Shown here: positions 58,851 through 64,000 of the stretch, one piece after another
Layout: each line of letters opens with the position of its first letter
Position numbering within the stretch: the stretch's first letter is position 1
Assembly (NCBI GenBank): GCA_041496705.1
Contig: JBGQFD010000004.1
Location: 6,321-70,320, forward strand
DNA length: 64,000 nt
Reading direction: 5' to 3'
Source: Gammaproteobacteria bacterium
GTDB lineage: Bacteria; Pseudomonadota; Gammaproteobacteria; Burkholderiales; SG8-39
The notes under the pieces: generated by a model
What the model was told of the DNA's origin: nothing
The model's input: only the letters and a program-made list of their open reading frames with translations
Database searches by the model: none
Made by a program: the position numbers and the translations under genes

Positions 58851-59303
58851 ATGGTCTACAAAAGAATTCTTGTTCCGGTTGACGGGAGCTCGGCATCGAA
58901 TGCCGGATTGAAGGAAGCGCTCAGGCTCGCCAAGGATCAGAAGGCCAAGTTGCTGCTGCTGCACATCGTCGATGAGCTCGTGGTGTTCAACACGCCAGAG
59001 GCCGGTTTCAACATGGAGTCCATCATCGAATCGATGCGGCGCAGCGGCCGGCAGCTCATCGCGCGAGCCGTGAAACTCACAGCCTCGAGGGGAGTCAAAG
59101 CGGATTCGACCTTGGTCGAAAGCGCCGGCGTGCGGGTAGCGGACGTGATCACCCGGCAGGCGAAGCGCGGGCGAGCCGACCTGATCGTCATGGGCACCCA
59201 CGGCCGCCGCGGCGTCAATCGCATGATCATGGGCAGCGACGCCGAACTGGTGGTGCGCAGTGCGGGTGTGCCGGTGCTTCTGGTGCGCGATGGTGGCAGG
59301 TAG
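58851..59303 (+). CDS. Universal stress protein (single UspA domain)
   Basis: MVYKRILVPVDGSSAS...ADLIVMGTHGRRGVNRMIMGSDAELVVRSAGVPVLLVR. Confidence 0.9.
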   Translation: MVYKRILVPVDGSSASNAGLKEALRLAKDQKAKLLLLHIVDELVVFNTPEAGFNMESIIESMRRSGRQLIARAVKLTASRGVKADSTLVESAGVRVADVITRQAKRGRADLIVMGTHGRRGVNRMIMGSDAELVVRSAGVPVLLVRDGGR

Positions 59304-59411
59304 GGTGCGCAGCCGTCGCGGGACTGGCGTTCGTCCGGGCCGGGGTTCATCATGATGCATCCTGCATTCCGCCGCAGACGCAAGGCCGGGAGAAGCGCCG
59401 TGAAAGTCCCC

Positions 59412-59768
59412 ATGCAAATCATCGTTCGCAACCTGGAGCACTCGGAGGCGCTCGAAGCGCGCGTGCGCGACAGCGTCGCCAAGCTGGAGGGACTGCATCC
59501 GAACATGGTGAGCTGCCGCGTCACCGTCGAGGAATCCCACCGGCACCAGCATCAGGGTCGCCAGTTCCAGGTGCGCATCGACGCTCGCGTGCCCGGCAAG
59601 GAACTCGTTGCCAGCCACGACCACGACGAGGACGTCTACATCGCCCTTCGCGACGCGGTCCTCGCCATGCGACGCCAACTCGAGGACGCCGCCAGGGTGT
59701 TGCGCGGCGAGGTCAAATCGCATTCCCGCCCAAAGAGGGAAGACTCGGAATCGGCGGGTGACGCGTGA
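59412..59768 (+). CDS. HPF/RaiA-family ribosome hibernation factor (short form)
   Basis: Start set to ATG 59412. MQIIVRNLEHSEALEARVRDSVAKLEGLHPNMVSCRVTVEE...DVYIALRDAVLAMRRQLE. Confidence 0.75.
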   Translation: MQIIVRNLEHSEALEARVRDSVAKLEGLHPNMVSCRVTVEESHRHQHQGRQFQVRIDARVPGKELVASHDHDEDVYIALRDAVLAMRRQLEDAARVLRGEVKSHSRPKREDSESAGDA

Positions 59769-60259
59769 AGCGGGAACGAGGCGGTTTTCGCATGCTGCGC
59801 AGAATGCAGCTGCTGGAGGGACTGGGCGAGGACAGCTACAAGTCGAAGGGGAAACTTCCCGACGCAACCCGCTGCCCGGCCTGCGGGGCCAGTTTCCACG
59901 CGGGGCGGTGGACTTGGGATGCCGCGCCGGCCGGTGCGCACGAACATCTTTGTCCGGCGTGCCACCGGATCCAGGACAAGTTTCCGGCAGGCTATGTCGC
60001 GCTGAGCGGGAAGTTCTTCCGCGAGCATCGCGAAGAGATCCTGGGGCTTGCGCGGCACTGCGAGGAGAAGGAAAAGGCCACGCATCCCCTGCAGCGAATC
60101 ATCACGATCGAGGACGGCGCCGAAGGGGTCCTGGTGACCACGACTGACGTGCATCTGGCGCGCGATATCGCCGAGCGCGTGCACGATGCCTACAAGGGCA
60201 GCCTGGTGTTCCACTACAGCAAGGAAGAAAACCTGCTTCGCGCGACCTGGAAGCGCTGA
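59765..60259 (+). CDS. Zinc-ribbon protein (two CPAC pairs), BCAM0308-like family
   Basis: GTGA overlap with the hpf stop. DSYKSKGKLPDATRCPACGASFHAGRWTW...HLCPACHRIQDKFPAGYV...VLVTTTDVHLARDIAERVHDAYKGSLVFHYS. Family name recalled from NCBI naming, not searched. Confidence 0.65.
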   Translation: MKRERGGFRMLRRMQLLEGLGEDSYKSKGKLPDATRCPACGASFHAGRWTWDAAPAGAHEHLCPACHRIQDKFPAGYVALSGKFFREHREEILGLARHCEEKEKATHPLQRIITIEDGAEGVLVTTTDVHLARDIAERVHDAYKGSLVFHYSKEENLLRATWKR

Positions 60260-60396
60260 AACGGGAGAAATATCCCATCCGCGCAGCGCGTCGTTTTTCT
60301 CTGACGGGCATCGAAGATGCGGCGCGGCTCGACCGCGAGACCCTGTTCTCCCGGCTCGAAGCGTCGCCCGCGGGGCTGACGCGGCACGAAGCGAGC

Positions 60397-62895
60397 GTGC
60401 GTCTCGCGCGCTTCGGGCCGAACGCGGTCGCGCGCGAGCGGCCCCTGGCGCCGCTCGCGCGTCTGCTGCACCTCTTCCTGAGCCCCTTGCCGCTGCTTCT
60501 TCTCGGACTCGCGGTCGTCGAGCAGCTGAGCGGAGAAGCTCGCGGCGCGGCGGTCATCGCCGTCATGGTCGTGCTCTCGGTGCTGCTTTCCTGGTTTCAG
60601 GAAGTGCGCTCCAGCAAGGCGGCCGAGCGCCTGCGCGCGATGGTGCACACGACGGCGACGGTGTCGCGACGGGATCGCGGCAAGACCACTGCGGGAAGCG
60701 CGTCGGAGTCCGAAGGCCGCCTCCACGAGATCCCGATAGCCCACCTGGTTCCCGGGGACGTCGTGCCTCTCGCGGCGGGCGATCTCGTTCCAGCCGACAT
60801 CCGGCTGCTCGAATCCAAGGACTTGTTCGTCGATCAGTCCGCGCTCACCGGCGAATCGATGCCCGCGGAGAAACACGCCGCTGCGCCGCCGGGCGCCGCG
60901 TCGGCCCTCGAATTGCCCAACGTCGCCTTCCTGGGCACGCACGTGGTGAGCGGCACGGCGACCGCGCTCGTGATCGCGACGGGAGTCCATACCCGCTTCG
61001 GCTCGATCGCGGCGTCGATCGCGGCCGAGGGCCAGCCGTCGAGCTTCGATCTGGGCGTGAAGCGCTTCATCGGGCTGATGCTGCGCTTCATGCTGGTGAT
61101 GGTGCCGCTCGTTTTCCTCATCAACGGTGTCCTGAAGGGCAACTGGGTCGAGGCCTTCCTGTTCGCGGTGGCCGTGGCGGTCGGGCTTACGCCCGAGCTG
61201 CTGCCGATGGTGGTGACGATCAATCTCGCCAAGGGCGCGCTCGCGATGTCGCGAAAAAAAGTTATCGTCAAGCGCCTGGGCGCGATTCAGAACCTCGGCG
61301 CGATGAACATGCTGTGCACCGACAAGACCGGGACGCTCACCCAGAACAAAGTGATTCTCGAGAAGCATGTGGATATTTTCGGCGCCGAAAGCCGGCACGT
61401 GCTCGAACTCGCCTACCTCAACAGCCATTTCCAGTCGGGCCTGAAGAATCTCCTCGACATCGCTATCCTCGAGCACGCCGAGATGCGCGAACACGTCCAC
61501 GTTCCGCGCAGCTATCGCAAGATCGATGAAGTGCCTTTCGACTTCCGGCGCCGGCGCATGTCGGTGATGGTTGCGCGCGATCCGACGCACCACGACCTGA
61601 TCTGCAAGGGCGCGCCGGAGGAAATTATCGCCGTGTGCGCGCACTTCGAAGAAAAGGGCAATGTCGTTCCTCTTACTGCGGCGCACCGCGTCGACCTGCT
61701 TCCGGTCATCCGCGGTCTGAACGAGGAAGGCTTTCGCGTGATCGCCGTGGCGTACAAGCACATCCCCGCTGCGAAGGCCGTCTGCAGCGGCGCGGACGAG
61801 TCGGGGCTCGTCCTCGCCGGCTATGTCGCGTTTCTCGACCCGCCCAAGGAAAGCGCGGCCGGCGCCGTTCGCGCGCTGCATGAGTACGGCGTGCAGGTGA
61901 AAGTCCTGACTGGCGACAACGACGTCGTGACCAGGAAGGTCTGCGCGATGGTCGGAATCGAGCCCGGGACGATCGTACTCGGGAGCGAGCTGGAACACAT
62001 GGATGACGCGACGCTGGCGCAGGTCGCGGCGGAAACGGCGGTGTTCGCGAAGCTCGCGCCCGAGCAGAAGGCGCGCATCATCGCCGCGCTCCGGGGCGGC
62101 GGTCATGTCGTCGGCTACCTCGGCGACGGCATCAACGACGGCCCGGCGCTGCGAGCCGCCGACGTCGGCGTGTCGGTGGAGGGCGCCGCGGACATCGCCA
62201 AGGAGTCCGCCGATATCATTCTACTGGAGAAGAGCCTGCTCGTGCTCAAGGACGCTGTCATCGAAGGCCGGCGCGTCTTCGCGAACGTCGTGAAATACAT
62301 CCGCATGGGCGCGAGCTCGGCCTTCGGCAACATGCTCTCCGTGGTGGGGGCGAGCGCCTTCCTGCCTTTTCTGCCGATGGCGCCGGTGCAGGTGCTGCTG
62401 AACAACCTGCTCTACGACGTGTCGCAGACTGCGCTCGCGACGGACAGCGTCGACGCCGCAGATCTCGCGCGGCCGCGCAAGTGGGACATCGGCAACATCG
62501 GCCGCTACATGCTCGTCTTCGGGCCGATCAGCTCGCTCTTCGACTACGCCACCTACTTCACTCTGCTCTACGCGTTCCAGGCCCGAGAGAACCCGAGCCT
62601 GTTCCAGACCGGCTGGTTCGTGGAATCGGTGCTGTCGCAGACGCTGATCGTGCACGTCATCCGCACCGGCGGCATTCCCTTTCTGGACAGCAGGTCGGCG
62701 GCGCCTTTGCTCGTCACGACGATCGCGGTCTGCGCCGCTGCCATGTGGCTGCCGTTTTCGGGATTCGCGCACCTGCTGGGATTGACGCCGCTGCCCTCGG
62801 CCTACTGGTTCGCGCTCGCGGCGATCCTGGTTTGCTACTTGCTGCTGACCCAATCGGTGAAGGCGGCGCTCGTCCATCGCTTCGGGCTCGACTAG
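60397..62895 (+). CDS. mgtA: Magnesium-translocating P-type ATPase (MgtA type); true start probably upstream at a non-canonical codon
   Basis: LCTDKTGTLTQNKV, GDGINDGPALRAADVGVSV, and a C-terminal region collinear with E. coli MgtA as recalled. Coordinates follow the ORF track (GTG 60397); see the finding on the start codon. Confidence 0.9.
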   Translation: MRLARFGPNAVARERPLAPLARLLHLFLSPLPLLLLGLAVVEQLSGEARGAAVIAVMVVLSVLLSWFQEVRSSKAAERLRAMVHTTATVSRRDRGKTTAGSASESEGRLHEIPIAHLVPGDVVPLAAGDLVPADIRLLESKDLFVDQSALTGESMPAEKHAAAPPGAASALELPNVAFLGTHVVSGTATALVIATGVHTRFGSIAASIAAEGQPSSFDLGVKRFIGLMLRFMLVMVPLVFLINGVLKGNWVEAFLFAVAVAVGLTPELLPMVVTINLAKGALAMSRKKVIVKRLGAIQNLGAMNMLCTDKTGTLTQNKVILEKHVDIFGAESRHVLELAYLNSHFQSGLKNLLDIAILEHAEMREHVHVPRSYRKIDEVPFDFRRRRMSVMVARDPTHHDLICKGAPEEIIAVCAHFEEKGNVVPLTAAHRVDLLPVIRGLNEEGFRVIAVAYKHIPAAKAVCSGADESGLVLAGYVAFLDPPKESAAGAVRALHEYGVQVKVLTGDNDVVTRKVCAMVGIEPGTIVLGSELEHMDDATLAQVAAETAVFAKLAPEQKARIIAALRGGGHVVGYLGDGINDGPALRAADVGVSVEGAADIAKESADIILLEKSLLVLKDAVIEGRRVFANVVKYIRMGASSAFGNMLSVVGASAFLPFLPMAPVQVLLNNLLYDVSQTALATDSVDAADLARPRKWDIGNIGRYMLVFGPISSLFDYATYFTLLYAFQARENPSLFQTGWFVESVLSQTLIVHVIRTGGIPFLDSRSAAPLLVTTIAVCAAAMWLPFSGFAHLLGLTPLPSAYWFALAAILVCYLLLTQSVKAALVHRFGLD

Positions 62896-62922
62896 GCGGG
62901 CGGTCGCCCGCCTGCACGAGGG

Positions 62923-62936
62923 TTGAGCCAAATCAA
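62923..62936. promoter_or_regulatory. FNR-type box TTGAGccaaATCAA upstream of the desaturase gene
   Basis: Read directly. One deviation from TTGAY. Centre is about 64 nt upstream of GTG 62994. Confidence 0.55.
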
Positions 62937-62993
62937 AGAACGTATCGGGCCGCCGGCCTAGAGTGCCAAATAGGCGCAAAGCAGGAATCGATC

Positions 62994-64000
62994 GTGCTCT
63001 TCTACAGCGTAGTGGATCTGCCGTGGTGGGGTTACTTGATCGTCGCCGCGGCGCTCACCCATGTCACTATCGTCGCAGTGACGCTGTTCCTGCACCGGCA
63101 TCAGGCGCACCGCGCCCTCGACTTGCATCCGGCGCTCAGCCATTTCTTCCGGCTGTGGCTGTGGATGACGACCGGCATGGTGACCCGGGAATGGGCGGCG
63201 GTGCATCGCAAACACCACGCCAAGTGCGACACGCCGGAAGATCCGCACAGCCCGCAGATCTATGGGATCAAGCGGGTCCTGTGGGGCGGCGTGTTCCTGT
63301 ACGTGAAGGCCGCGCACGATCCGCAAACCCTAGAGCGCTACGGCGCCGGAACGCCCGACGACTGGCTCGAGCGCAATATCTACTCGAAATTCCAGATACT
63401 GGGGATCACCCTGATGGGCTCGATCGACGTGGTCCTGTTCGGCGTCGTGCCGGGCGGCTTGATCCTGTTTGCGCAGATCGTGTGGATCCCGTTCTGGGCC
63501 GCGGGCGTCATCAACGGCATCGGTCATTATTGGGGCTACCGCAACTGGCCCACTCCGGACTGGAGCACCAACATCGTGCCCTGGGGCATCGTCATCGGCG
63601 GCGAGGAACTGCACAACAATCACCATGCCTACCCGACTTCGGCCAAGCTTTCGAACAAGTGGTACGAGATCGACATCGGCTGGCTGTATATCCGCATCTT
63701 GCAGGCGCTGCGGCTGGCGAAGGTGAAGCACGTGGCGCCGAGGCCGCACTTCGCCCAGCCCAAAGCGTCGGCGGATCTGCAGACGCTGCAGGCGGTGATT
63801 GCCAATCGATACGATGTGCTGGCGCACTACGCCAAGTCTCTGAAGGCCATCTACACGAAGGAGCTCGCCCGGCTGCGGCACCATGCTCCGACGGAAGCGC
63901 TCGTGTTGCAGGACATCGAACGCTCATTGGCGTCCGACGAACGCATACTCCGCGAGGCGGAGCGGGCGAAATTGAACGAAGCGCTGCCGAAATCGCGTGC
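62994..64000 (+). CDS. Membrane acyl-CoA (delta-9-type) fatty acid desaturase, 3' end beyond the window
   Basis: Absent from the ORF track (no stop in the window). GTG 62994 after AGGAA. Reads VLFYSVVDLPWWGYLIVAAALTHVTIVAVTLFLHRHQAHRALDLHP...AAVHRKHHAKCDTPEDPHSP...GEELHNNHHAYP, with three His boxes. Confidence 0.85.
   Translation, partial: MLFYSVVDLPWWGYLIVAAALTHVTIVAVTLFLHRHQAHRALDLHPALSHFFRLWLWMTTGMVTREWAAVHRKHHAKCDTPEDPHSPQIYGIKRVLWGGVFLYVKAAHDPQTLERYGAGTPDDWLERNIYSKFQILGITLMGSIDVVLFGVVPGGLILFAQIVWIPFWAAGVINGIGHYWGYRNWPTPDWSTNIVPWGIVIGGEELHNNHHAYPTSAKLSNKWYEIDIGWLYIRILQALRLAKVKHVAPRPHFAQPKASADLQTLQAVIANRYDVLAHYAKSLKAIYTKELARLRHHAPTEALVLQDIERSLASDERILREAERAKLNEALPKSR

Noticed and set aside
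59346-59359. TTCATcatgATGCA upstream of hpf as an eighth FNR box
   Set aside because: It has three mismatches to TTGAT-N4-ATCAA, including core positions. hpf is more simply explained as co-transcribed from the box at 58772.
62895-62912. GGCGGGC-ggtc-GCCCGCC hairpin after mgtA as an intrinsic terminator
   Set aside because: The 7-bp stem begins inside the stop codon and no U-tract follows. It is plausible but too weak to call as a feature.
1-64000. Search for rRNA, tRNA, CRISPR arrays, integrases, intact IS elements, prophage or defence-system genes
   Set aside because: None was seen. There are no regularly spaced repeat arrays, no cloverleaf-like conserved tRNA arms in the intergenic gaps, and no recombinase, nuclease or methylase ORFs. 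The by-eye scan has limited sensitivity for small RNAs.

Overview
High-GC (by eye about two-thirds G+C) chromosomal segment. It looks betaproteobacterial, Burkholderiales-like; this is inferred from three Bug/TctC-type receptors and the overall gene content. I saw no rRNA, tRNA, CRISPR array or intact mobile element. The window splits into two halves.

(1) 1-32 kb is metabolic and accessory DNA:
- a RamB-type regulator divergent from malate synthase;
- three phthalate-isomer-style catabolic modules (Rieske oxygenases, Bug receptors, PhtD-like decarboxylase homologues, class II aldolases, and PdxA-like, PanB-like and alpha/beta-hydrolase genes);
- a tandem pair of cytosolic NMT1/THI5-like proteins;
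- second-messenger enzymes (a GGDEF protein and a cyclase-FHA fusion);
- aroE;
- a CsgG-like/DUF4810/DUF799 lipoprotein operon behind an AT-rich, iteron-bearing leader region.

(2) 32-64 kb is a dense low-oxygen stress island. Seven near-consensus FNR-type boxes (TTGAY-N4-RTCAA) sit in front of the operons listed below, and two FNR paralogues are encoded inside the block:
- hsp20-lon;
- hemN-tauE-hemerythrin;
- a kinase-like gene divergent from a PAS histidine kinase/NarL-type regulator pair;
- an HlyD-FtsX-ABC pump;
- a P-type ATPase with a Pat-type acetyl-CoA synthetase/acetyltransferase;
- usp-hpf-Zn ribbon-mgtA;
- an acyl-CoA desaturase.

The island also holds a NapC/NirT plus six-haem cytochrome operon paired with a MenA-like prenyltransferase. 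Its electron acceptor is unknown.

Many long ORFs in the supplied track are antisense or out-of-frame shadows typical of high-GC DNA and were not called. All functional calls come from reading the translated ORFs against remembered family hallmarks. No database search was run.
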